64,000 bases of DNA, from positions 10,837-74,836 of the forward strand of contig CAZSNT010000021.1 in assembly GCA_964607765.1 (NCBI GenBank), written 5' to 3'. The stretch is from an uncultured Victivallales bacterium (GTDB taxonomy: Bacteria > Verrucomicrobiota > Lentisphaeria > Oligosphaerales > JABHEG01). Position numbers and translations under genes: made by a program. Below are positions 12,001-24,000 of this stretch, one piece after another. The notes under the pieces were generated by a model. It was not told the DNA's origin and did not search any database. It saw nothing but the letters and a program-made list of their open reading frames with translations. Numbering within the stretch: position 1 is the stretch's first letter; the number at the start of each line of letters is the position of its first letter.

Positions 12001-15000
12001 GGCCGTGTCGCCGACCAGTTCGGCGTCGGTGACCAGGAGGAGTCTGGCGTCGTTGTAGGCATCGCCGGGCACGGTCGACTCGAGCAGGATGTCATTGTCC
12101 GCGCCGGTCGAGGCGAGAACGACGCTGGCGGCAACAGTCTCAGTGCCGTTCGCGAAGACCTCAATGTCGCCCGTGCGCACGGTATCACCCGCATTGACCC
12201 TGATCACGAGCGCCCTGGTGAGCGCGTCGTAGGCTACCTGAGCCGTGTTGCCGGTCACCTGCGGATCGTCCAACACCAGAACACGAACGCCGTTGTAAAC
12301 GTCGCCGGGCAGGCCGGACTCGAGCAGCACGTCATTGTCTGCGCCGGCCGAGGTGACGACCACGGCGGATGGTGCACTGAGGCCGCCGCCGGTCGTGACC
12401 AGTGCGTCGGTCATGCTCACCGGATCGTCACCTGCGATGTCCGCGTCCGGATCCAGCGCCACGCTGCAGCCGTGCGCAGGATTCACGGTGCCGACTGTGC
12501 CGCCGGTCGTGACATCCTCGAACGTCGTGGCGGCGAACGTGCCGAGCCCGCTGTTCACATCAGGATCGTACAGAGACGCGGCGAACGGGACATTGGCTGC
12601 GTCGTCGTTCACGGCATCGATGACCTGGAGCGCCGTCGAGCCGTCGGTGCCGAACTCGATGCCGATTGTGAGCGTGTTGGTGCCGGCGTCGTAGGCGGCA
12701 GTCTCGCTGCCCTTGTCCGCAGTATCGGTGAACACGACGTTCAGACCATTGTAGTCGGTGCCGGCCGTGTCGGCCGTGAATGTGAGCTCATTGTCGGCGT
12801 CGGCGGGGTCAATCGTGCCTTCGGCAACGCTGGAGTCGCTGAACCGGCCGCCGCTGGTCACGCCGCTGAACGTCTCGGCTGCAAACGTGCCCGAGCCGTC
12901 GTTGTGACCGGGGTTCATCAGCGACGCGGTGAACGGCACGTCCGCGCCGCCGTTGACAGCGGCGATCACATCGAGGGCTGACGAGCCATTGGCACCGGCC
13001 TCGATGCCGATAGTCAGGGTCTTGGTCACGGCGTCGTAGGCGGCGGTCTCGCTGCCCTTGGCTGCGGCGTCCTCGAACACGACCGTCAGATCGTTGTAAG
13101 CGCCGCCGTCGGCTTCGGCCTCGAACAGAACACTGTTATTGGCCCCGAGCGGATCGATCCAGCCACTCGCCGCGGCCGCGGCCATCGTCGAGCCGCCGCT
13201 GGTGACATCGGCAAACGATGTGTCGGCGAACGTGCCCGAGCCGTCGTTGTTGTCAGGATCCGTCAGCGAAGCAGTGAACACGTTGCCCGCTTCCGCGTTG
13301 ATGGCGGCAACTACTTCAGCGGCAGTAGACCCGGTCGAACCGAACTCGATGCTGACGGTCAAGCGGTTCGCGCCCGCGTCGTAGACAGCCGTCTCGCTGC
13401 CCTTGGCCACGGAGTCGACCAACACAATCTCCAGCCCGTTGTACGTCTCGCCGTCAGCATTGGGCACAACCGTGATCTCGTTGTTCTCACCGACCGGGTC
13501 GATGGAGCCGGCAGCCGCAGCCGGCGACTGCCCGACAGCGGCAATGATCTGGTCCGCGGTGGTGACACCGTTGTTGATGGTCAGGGTGAGGGTCCTGGTC
13601 AGTGCCGTGTAGGCAACACCGGGCGCGCCGTCGCCAACGGCAGAGTCGTGGGCCAGGAAGACATTCAGGCCGTTGCCTGCCAGGCCCGGATCCAGCGTGG
13701 TGAAGAGCAGCCCGTTGAGGACAGCTTGCGCGTACGTCGCATCGAGTCCACCGGACAGCGTCACGGCCACCACATCAGCCAGCGGCACCTGCTGAACAAT
13801 GTCCCGCGGCGCGATGACCGTGACGTGACCGTCGGCCGTTGTGATGTCCTCGGCGATGTGAACATCCGCGTCAGTGCCGACAGCCTGGAGCCGGACATTG
13901 CCGCTGCCGCTGATCGCGATCCCGGCCTCTCCGGCGGCGACGGTCAGGCTGCCGGCCGTCGTGCTGACCAGGACGCTGCCCTCGCCATCAACGTGCGTCT
14001 GGGCCAGGCGCGCCACGGACAGGTCGTCGCGGGCGCCGTCGAGCTGGGTGACCACGATGTCACCCATGAGCCCGGTGTTCGTTGCCTCGAGAACGGACAC
14101 GTCGACATCGATGTCCTCGTCGGCTGTCACAGCACCCACGCCGCTCGCAGCGGAAGCCGTGAACCGGCCGGCCGTAACCACATTCGCACCCTCGGCAGCC
14201 GTGCCGTCGGTGATCGGACCATTCGCTGCGGTGACCGAGACATCCCCGTCAGCGCTCTGCAGCACGGACAGCGTCACGCCCTGACCACCGGAGTAGCTCA
14301 GCGTGCCGGAAGCGGTCGTGGTCGTTACGCCGTCGGCCATTTCGAGCAGTCCCGCGGCCGCTGTGACGGATACCGCGTGGGTGCCGGTCGCCTGTATCGA
14401 GCCGTTGATCGTCTGCGTCACGTTGTTCGCCGCATGGATGCTGATCGTGCCGCCGCTCACGCCGGTGTTGACCGTTACGTTGCCGGAACCGTCCGTGCCG
14501 GCCGAGACGTCGATCCGGTCCGTGGCCTCGACTGCGGCGTTCATAACGACATCCGCCGCACTGGTCAGCGTAACCTGACGCGGCGGGTCAATGGGCCCGT
14601 TGATCGTGACCGTACCTGCCGCGGTGACCGTGAAGTCCACACCGTCAAAGGCCAGGCCCTGTGCACCGAGCGTGAAGGCGCCAAGGCTGTTGACCACAAT
14701 CGCCTGGGTCGATGCCGTCGCCTTGCTGCCCGTGCTCAGCACGATGTCGGCTGCGCGGGTGGTGGCCATGGTCACCGCAGCGGCGGATGCCACGTTGGCC
14801 AGCGAGCCACTGGTGGCAGTGACCGTCAGCGCGCCGCCGCTCGACAACTGGCCGGACACGGCACTGGCGGTACTGGTGCTCGCCACAGCGATGATGCCCG
14901 TACCGTTCGGATCGAGCGCGACGTTCAGCGTCGCCGTGTAGGGCAGTCCGGCAACCGCGTTGATCGCCGCCACGACCGTAGTCGACGTCGTCTGCCCCGC

Positions 15001-18000
15001 ATTGACCGAAATGGTCAGCGTCCGCGCTGCTGCATCGTAAGCCGCCGTCCCTTCGTCATCGGTCAGGTTGCTGTCGTCCACGACGCTGACAGCCAGGCCG
15101 TTGTGAGCGGCGCCGACGCCGTCCGACGTCAGTACAACCGCCGCATCGCCGGCATCCGTAAGCAACAGGGCGTAGGCCACGCCGGCGGTATCGAACAACA
15201 CGTCGTTGCCGGCCACCACGTCAACAGCGCCACCCAAACTGCTCACCGGCGCGCCGATCGTCAGAGTCCCGCCGGTCGCATCGATGTCAGCTCTGCCCGC
15301 AGCCGTGCTGACCGGCGCATTGACATCGACGCTGCGCGTGGCTGTCAGTGCCAAACGCCCGGCGAGCGCCGTGACAGGCGCGTTCACAACCACGTCGGCG
15401 TCGGCAGCCAGTGTCCGCAGCATCACCAGCCCGGCCGCTTCACCCGCAGCCACTGTGGCGGCCGTGTCAATGATGCCTGCCCCACTGTTGCCGGGAGCCG
15501 GGGCCGCGACGAACGGTGTGCCGGCTGCGTTGATGAGACCGATGAGGGCGTTGGCAGTCGTCGCACCATTGACGACCTTCAGAGCCAAGACTTTGTTCAC
15601 GGCATCGTAGGGCAGTACGGAAGCGCCGGTGCCGTCGTCCACCAGGATAATCGTGACGCCGTTCAGAGCATTGCCGGCGGTTGCGGCAGTCAGCAGCACA
15701 TCGTTGTTCGGTCCAGCCATCGGGATAACACCGACCGCGGCGATCGCGTCGACGCCGCCCGCCGTGACGACAGGCAGCGTGTGAACCGTGCCCGCACCCG
15801 TGCTGACCGCCACATTCGACGCGGTGAACGGGATGGTATTGCCAACGCTGTTGATCTCGGCGACAATCGCATTCGCATCGGTCACGCCGCTGCTGATGTT
15901 GATCGTGAGCACGCGATCCGCCGGGTCGCTGTCGTCGTATACGGCCGCCGCATCGTTGCCGACGACGGTGCCGTCGTCAATGATCCGGATCGTCACGCCG
16001 CTGAACTCGGGCGACGCGCCCTCGGCCTCGAGCCGGATGTCGTTGTTGTCGCCCAGCGGCGTGAGCGCGGCCACTGCGGTATCGGACACGCCGCCAGCGG
16101 TCAGGACCGGTTCGGGCGCCGTGACCGTACCCAGCCCGCTCTCGCCGTCCAGCAGAGCGCCAATGAACGGGATGTCGAAGCTGTTCGGCCCGGTGTTGAG
16201 TTGGTCGAGTACGGTCTGTGTCGTCGTGACGCCGCTCTGAACCTTGATCGTCAGGATCTTCTCGGTCACGTCGTACGTTGTGGACGCCGCGCCGTTGGTC
16301 AGCGCCGCGTCGTGTTCCAGCACGACCTGGGCGTCGTTCAGGCCCTCGCCTGCGGCGCTCGCCTCCAGCTCGAAGTCGTTGTTCATGCCCTCGAGCGTGA
16401 TCGTGGCGGCCGCCACTTCCGTGTCCGTGCCGCCCGATGTCAGCACCACGTTGTTCTGAACTGTGCCGGACCCGTCGTTGCCGGTCTCGATCGCGGTGTC
16501 CAGAGCCGCCGTGAACGTGCCTTCCGCCTGGACCGCAGCGATTATGGCGTTGGCGTCCGTCACGCCGGTACTGATCCGGATCCTCAGGAACTTGTCGTCC
16601 GCATTGTAGATGGCCGTCGCCGAGTTGTCCGTGATGTCGTCGCTGTGCGCGAACTGGATGGTCACACCGTTGTAGTCCGTGCCGGCGGCGGCGGCCGTGA
16701 TGGTCAGATCATTGTTGTCGCCGGGCAGTCGTGCCGCTGCAGTGGCTGCGACGTTCGTGACCGATGTGGTCGCGGCCGTGTGGATCGTGCCCGAGCCGTC
16801 GCTGCCGGCGGCGTTGGCAGCCGTGAACGGAATGGTTGCGCTGTTCGCACCGGCGTTGACCTCGCCGATGACAGTCGCGGCCGTAGTAACGCCGCTGTTG
16901 ATCGTGATGGACAACGTCGAGCTCCCGGCGTCGTAAGCCGCGGCAGTCGTGTCGCCCGTGAGGCTGGCATCGTCGAGATAGCGGATCGTTACGCCGTTCG
17001 CCGTGACGCCGGCCGTCTCGGCCGTGAACACGATGCCGTTGTTGTCGCCCAACGCGTCGAGCGTGGCCGTGGCCGAGACAGCGTCCGCCCCACCCGTCGT
17101 GACGAGCGCGCTGCCGGTCACGGCGCCGTTGACCGTGATCGAATCGGCTTGGGTCTCCAGCACGATGCTGCCCGACGCCGTCGCACCGAGCCCGGTCTGT
17201 TCAGCGTCCACAGTCGGTGTGGTCAGCCCGTTCGTGCCGACGCGGTTGACGGTGACCGACACGGCGCCCACCGTGATGGCGGCGCTATTGGTCACGGCAA
17301 TCCCGCCAGAGCCGGCCGACGCAGTGAGCAGCGCGACGGTCGTGTCCAGCGCATCAGCGACGGCTCCGAACTCACCGACACCGATGCCCGCTGTCAACCG
17401 TGCTTCGGCCGCAATCAGGTCCACATCCGAGTCGCCGCCATCGGTGACCGAGCCGTTGACGGCAGTCACGCTGACCGCACCCGCACCGGCGTTCAGGCTG
17501 GCAACGGCAATGTCCGTACCGGCCCGGTAGCGCACATCGCCGCCGCTGCTGGCAGAGCTGGTGCCGTCGGCCATGGCGATGCCCCCGGTCGACGCTTCGA
17601 CGTCGATCGTGCCGCCCACGGTTGTCACGTTCGCGCTCTGAGTGACGGCGTCTGCTGCCCGTACGCTGATGCTGCCGGTGGCGCTCTGAACGGCGGTATT
17701 GAGTGTGACGTCGCTGCCCGCGCCCTGAGCCAGAAGCAGGATGTTGCCGCTGCCGTGCGCGTTCACGCCGAGCCCCGCGGCCTGCGAGCCGTCGTTGATC
17801 GTGATCGAGCCGTTGAGTGTGGCAAGCACGATCGAGCCGTTCGCCGTGCTGGTCAGATCGGACTGGGCAGCAACATCCGAGACGGCCGGTGCGACGGCCG
17901 AGCCGTCCTGTGCAACGCGCAGTACGTCCACAGGCGCCACGGTGTCGACGCCGACATTCGTCGCATCTTCCAAACTGATCCCGCCGCCGCCCGTGGTGGT

Positions 18001-21000
18001 GGCCGCAGTGACGGTGACGGCCTCGGTCTCGACAGCGTTCGCGGCCGCACCCAGCGCACCAACCCCGGCTCCCGCACTCAGACGCAAGCCGTTGGCGTAG
18101 ACGTCGACAGTGTCGGCCCCGAGAGCCCCGTCACCGTTCGCATCGTGGAAGTAGACGCCTGTCTGACTGCCAAGCTCGAGACCCGCGATCTGGTAGCCGT
18201 TCCCGCCATCGTGGATCCGGGAATCCACATCGGCGTCATACTGCCCGGAGACGCCGCCCGTCGCGTCCAGCCACAGATCCTCGCCTTGCGTGTAAAGCTG
18301 GTTGCCGTCCGCGTCGTAGTAGTAGAGGTTCGTCTGCAGGCCCTGTTCCGGACCGACGACCTGGGTGCCGTTGCCGCCGTCGAACAGGAGCGTGTCTATG
18401 CCATTGTCGTATCGTGCCAGCCGGCTTCCGAGCTCGTCACGCCAAACGTCCTCGCCCACAGTGTAGGCGCTGTTGCCGTCGGCATCGTGGTAGACGACGA
18501 GCGTCTGGATGCCGGCCTCAGGCGTGATCACGTAGCCGTCGCCGCCGTCGGAGAGCTGCGTGTCGATGCCATGGTCGTACTGCCCGACCGTGCCGCCCGC
18601 CTCGTCACGCCACGCATCTTCGCCCGTGCTGTAGAAGGTGTCCGCGTCCGCGTCGTAGTAGTAGACGCCGGCCTGGGAACCGTCTTCGCCGCCCGTGATC
18701 TGGTAGCCGTCACCGTCGGCGCTGATCTTGACGTCGATGCCATCGTCATACTCTCCGGCCGTGCCGCCGCCCATGTCCTGCCAGAGATCCTCGCCGGCGG
18801 TATGGACCTGATTGGCGTCCGCGTCGTAGTAGTAGAGCCCGCCCTGACTGCCCTGCTCCGGCCCGATCTGGTAGCCGTTGCCGCCGTCGTACACGCGCGT
18901 GTCAATACCATGGTCGTATTGCCCGGCCGTGCCGCCCGCCTCGTCGCGCCAGACATCTTCGCCGGTGGTGTAAGCGGCGTCGGCGTTGGCATCGTGGTAG
19001 TAGAGTCCGTCATTGCGCCCCTGCTCGGCGCCGGCGATCTGGTAACCGTCGCCGCCGCCCAACACGAGCGCGTCCGTGCCGTCGTCGTACAGTCCCGCGC
19101 GGCTGCCCGCCCCGTCGCTCCAGATGTCCTCGGTGTCGTCGTGGGCTCCATCACCGTCCGCATCGCGGTAGTAGAGCCCGGTCTGGATCCCGGTCTCGGC
19201 ACCAGCAATCTGGTAACCGTCGCCGCCATCGGTCAGCTTGGTGTCGACGCCGTCGTCGTAGCGGCCGGCCGTGCCGCCCGCTTCATCGCGCCACACATCT
19301 TCGCCGGCAGTGTGCACGCCGTCCTGGTTCGCGTCGTGGTAGTAGACACCGGTTTGGATGCCCTGCTCGCCGTCGGCGACCTGGACGTCGTCGCCACCGT
19401 CGTGGACCAACGCATCAACGCTCTCGTCGTAGACGCCGACCGCAGCGCTGCTGCCGTCGCTCCAAATGTCTTCATCAGTCCCCGTCCCGGCGTCGCGGAT
19501 TGTGCCGGATGCTGCGATGACGGCCACGCTGCCCCAACTCGCCTGGGAGGCGGTCGTGCCCGCGGCCCTGTCCGCGGCAGTGCGTGCGTCCAGCGTCCCA
19601 AGCACAACGTCATCGGCAGCCGTGACGCGGATGTTCGCGCCGTCCGTGCGGACGAGGGCGGCACCTTCCATGCGGACGCTGCCGGAGTCGCCCGTCATCC
19701 CGGCCTGCATGTCGACTGTTCCGGAGCCGGCCGTAGCCACCACGCTGGCGGCTGCCTGGTCGATGTTGTCGGCGGACAGGACGGAGATGCGGCCCGTCTC
19801 CGAGCTGACGCCGGTGTTCAGTGCGATGTCCGCAGTGCGACCAGCAGACGCGGTCTGGATCAGGACGTTGCCCGTGCCGTCCGCGGCGATGCCGGCACTG
19901 TCGGCCGGCGCCGTGCCGTCGTTGACCGTGATGCTGCCGTCAACTGTACGGAACACGATCGAGCCGTTGCTGCCGTCGCGCGTGACCAAGTCGCTCTGGG
20001 CTGCGGCATCTGCCTCGTCCTGCGTGGTGCCATCGGCGAGCAGGCGCACGACCGGAACCGTGCCGACCGTATCGACAGCGACATCGTTGGCGTCGACAAG
20101 GTTGATACCGCCCGCGCCGGCAGACGCGGTCAGCGTGGCGACGTCGGTCTCGACGGCGTTCGCACTGCCGCCGAGAACACCGACGCTGGTGTCGGCGTAG
20201 AGGCGCAGCGCCGCGGCGTACACGTCAACGACGTCGTCTGCTGCGCCATCCGTGATGGAGCCGCCGCTCGCACGCAGACTCACATCGCCCCAATCGGCCT
20301 GGTCGGCGCCGTCACGCGCATCGAATAGCCCGACCGTGATGGTGGTATCAGCGACGTAGCGGATATTGCCGCCCGCGGTCACGGCGCGTGCGCCGGAACG
20401 CATCTCGATCGCGCCGGAGCCCGTTTCCACGTTGATGCTGCCCGTGCCGGCGGTGATGATGTCGCCGTCGGCCATCTGCAGCACGTCATGCTCGGACAGC
20501 ACAGTGATGTGTCCGCCCTCGGACTTCACATCCGCGTTGAGCTCGACATCGTGGGCGGCGCCGACCGCCTCGAGCAGGATGCCGCCCGTGCCATCAGCGT
20601 AGACACCCATGCCGTCAGCCGGCGCTGCGCCGTCGTTGACAGTGATTCCGCCACCCGCAACACCCGTACGCAGAACGATCGAGCCGTTGCTGCCGTCGCG
20701 CGTCACCAGATCGCTCTGACTGGCAGCATCGGCGTTCGCGCTGGCAATGGCGTCGCGGGCAACGCGCTGGGCTTGGGCCGTGCCGACTGTGTCCACACTC
20801 ACGCTGCTCGCGTCGAGCAGGTTGATACCGCCCGCGCCCGCCGAAGCACTGAGGACGCGTGCCTCGATGTCGACGGGGCTGTCTACGCCCTCGCCCAGCG
20901 TCCCGATCGCCGCGCCCGCGTAGAAGCGAACGCTGTCAGCGTAGATATCCACGACCGTGTCGGCTTCCGAGTCGAGGATCGAGCCGCTGTCGGCGCGGAC

Positions 21001-24000
21001 ACTCACCTCGCCCCAATCAGTCTGCGTGCCGCCCAGACGCGCGTCCAACTGGCCGAGCGTGACGGAACCGCCGGCGCGGTAGCGCAGGTTGCCGCCGACC
21101 GTCGTGGCGGTCGCGGCGGTGGCCATATCGACCGAGCCGGCCGTTGCTTCGACATCGATCGTGCCGGCGCCGGTCGTGGCAATGTCGCCGGCGGCGGCCT
21201 GTGTGACATCGTTGGCGGCAATGACGGTGACATGTCCCGTGCCGGAGACGACTGCCGCGTCGAGGGTGATGTCCGCCGTGGCGCCGGCGGAGGCAGCCTG
21301 CAGCAAGACATTGCCCGCGCCGTGCGCGTTGACGCCGATGTCGTTACCAGGCGTTGTGCCGTCCGACACGGTGATGGAGCCGTTCACGCTGCGCAGCACG
21401 ATCGAGCCGTTTGCCGTGCTGATCAGATCGCTCTGCGCGAGCGGTTGCTGCGCGCCGTCTTCGTCACGGATCGTGCTGCTGCCGCCGGTCTCATTGCTGC
21501 GTTCTACCGCCACGGACGACACGGTGCCAACCGTCACGCCTGTCGCATCAACAAGGCTGATGCCACCGCCGCCGGAGGTGGTCTGCGCTGCGATCGTGCC
21601 GACCTCCAGATCGATGGCGTCAGTGCCCGCGCCAAGTGCGCCGATTGCCGTCCCGGCAGTGAGACGCAACTGGTAGGCGTAGACGTCCGTCACGCCGTCG
21701 TCATAGAGCCCGGAGGCGTCGGCATCATAGTAATACAGGCCTGCCTGCGCGCCGTTCTGCATGCCGCTGATCTGGTAGCCGTCGCCACCGTCGGACAGCG
21801 GGGTGTCGGTACCGTTCTCGTAGACACCCTCCTGGCCGCCCGCCTCATCGCGCCAGATATCGTCGCCTTCGGTGTAGCCGTCAGCGTTCGGGTCGTAGTA
21901 GTAAACGCCTGTCTGAGTGCCCGTTTCGCCGCCACTGAGCTGATAGCCGTCGCTGCCGCCAAACACAGGCGTGTCGATGCCGTGGTCGTAGACGCCGGCT
22001 GTGCCGCCGTCCTCGTCCACCCAGAGATCTTCCTCGCCGGTTCCGGCAGCATCAGAGATGGTGCCGTTCGTGGCGATGATCGCGACCAACCCCCAGTCAG
22101 CCTGTTCGGAGAGCGTGCCGACAGCGCGGTCTGCGGCGGTCCGCGCATCGACCAGTCCAAGCTGCACGTTGTCCGCCGCCTCCAGGCGAATGTTCTTGCC
22201 GTCAGTCCTGACGATGGCCGCGGCTGCCATGGTCAGGTGGCCGGTACCATCCGTACCCGCCTCAACGTCAACTGTGCCGCTGTCCGTCGAGATCAGGCCG
22301 TTGAGCAGTACATCATCGCTGCCCAGCACGGAGATGTCACAGCCGCTGCTGCAGACCAGATCCTCGACCGTCAGCGTGCCGGCAGCCCGATAGAGGATGT
22401 TCCCGGTCTCGGTCTCGCCACGCGTACCGTCAGCCATTGTCAGGGCGCCGTTCAGGGCCTCGACGTAGAGGAACCCGGACGTCGCGCTGATGTCCGCGTT
22501 CTGCGTCACGGCGCGCGCGCTGCGGAGCGTGATGCCGCCGCTGCGGGAACTGATCGAGCTGTTCACGACGACATCGCGGTCCGTACCCACGGACTCGACC
22601 CAAGCGCTTCCCGTGCCGGCGACGCTGACGCCACTGCCGCCAAGCGTGATACTGCCGTCGTCCGTCTTGAACACGACCCCACCCGTGCCGTCCACATTGG
22701 ACTGTTCCAGGCGTGTGACGAGTGCATCGCCGCCCACACGCGTGATGACGATGTCGCCGGCCGTACCAGTGTTCAGCGCACTGGTCTCGGGGCTGTCGAT
22801 GTCCAAGTCGCCGTGGTCGCCGGCCGTGGTGCCGAGGCCGGACACGGCCGTCAGCGTAACTGTAGCCGCAGTGATATCCGCTGCGCCGTCGAGAGCCGCG
22901 TCCGTCACGGCGCCGCTCGACGTCAGAACAACGTCGTTCGAGCCCGCGTCCACAACGCCGACCGCAGTGCTGCCGGCGCTGACCGTGATATCCCCGTCCG
23001 CCGTGGTGACGCTCGTGAGAGTGACAGCGTCCGTCTCGGTCAACTCGATGTCGAAGCCGTCCGCCGCGCCCGTGTCGCCTGTTGTCTCGGCGGTGACTGT
23101 GTCGACGGCCGTGTTCAGATCGATCCCTTTCGCCGCCGTCGCAGTCAGGTCCGCGCCGCTGATCAGCCCCGTGCCCTCGGTCTGATCGATCCGGCCGTAG
23201 GTCGCCGTCAGGTCGACCGCGCCGACGGCGGTCACGGCGCCGTCGGTGAGTGTGATATCGCTGAGTGCCTGCACAGTCACGGAACTGCCCGCGCCCGTAC
23301 CGGCCAACGCGCCGCCCTCGAAGGTAACGTCGCCTGTTCTCGCCACGCCCAGGACCGTATCCGGCGCCGTTGCGGAGCCCGTCACGAGGATGTTGTCCGC
23401 GTAGACCCGGAGCTGCTCCGGCAGCACGGCCAGTCCGATCTCCGCATCGCCTTGTGTGCCAGGATCGTCCGGACCGGCGACTGCCGAGGCGACGAAAACG
23501 GTAACCGGGTCGCCGTTCTGGTCAACCGTGGCGTCGGTGATGGCGTTCACTATCTGGGAGCGCGTGCTGGCAGCCGTTCCGTCCACCGCCTCGGTCAGTT
23601 GAGCCGTCACTGTCAGTGTCCGGTTCACCGTGTGGAACACAGACGTTTCCGCACCGGCAGCTACACCGTCAACCACGACGACTGAGACACCGTTGTAGTC
23701 GGCGTAATCGGCGGCGCCCACGTTCTCGGCCGTGACAAGCACGTCGTTACCGGCGCCGGAGAACTCGAGCGTTGCGGTGGCCGCCACATCGTCCGCGCCG
23801 TTGGCTGTCTTCGACCCGATCACGGTCTCGAACCTGCCGACGCCGGCGGTGTAGTCCAGACCGGCAGTTGCGATGAGGGGGCCGGTGCCGTAGGCATACT
23901 CTCCGCCACCACCGTTTACGTCGATGCTGTGGTCCGTGACTTGGTCGCGCACGGTGACCGCCCGGGTGTTGTCCAGGTCGACCTTGATGGTCAGGATCTT

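Noticed and set aside
18528-19229. Minus-strand ORFs in the track, e.g. 18528-19229 (233 aa), 49866-50462 (198 aa), 34629-35216 (195 aa) and 60210-60800 (196 aa)
   Set aside because: All listed minus-strand ORFs are in phase 0 or 2, out of frame with and fully overlapped by the giant phase-1 frame. Their compositions (Arg/Thr/Ala/Ser/Pro-rich) are those of off-frame readings.
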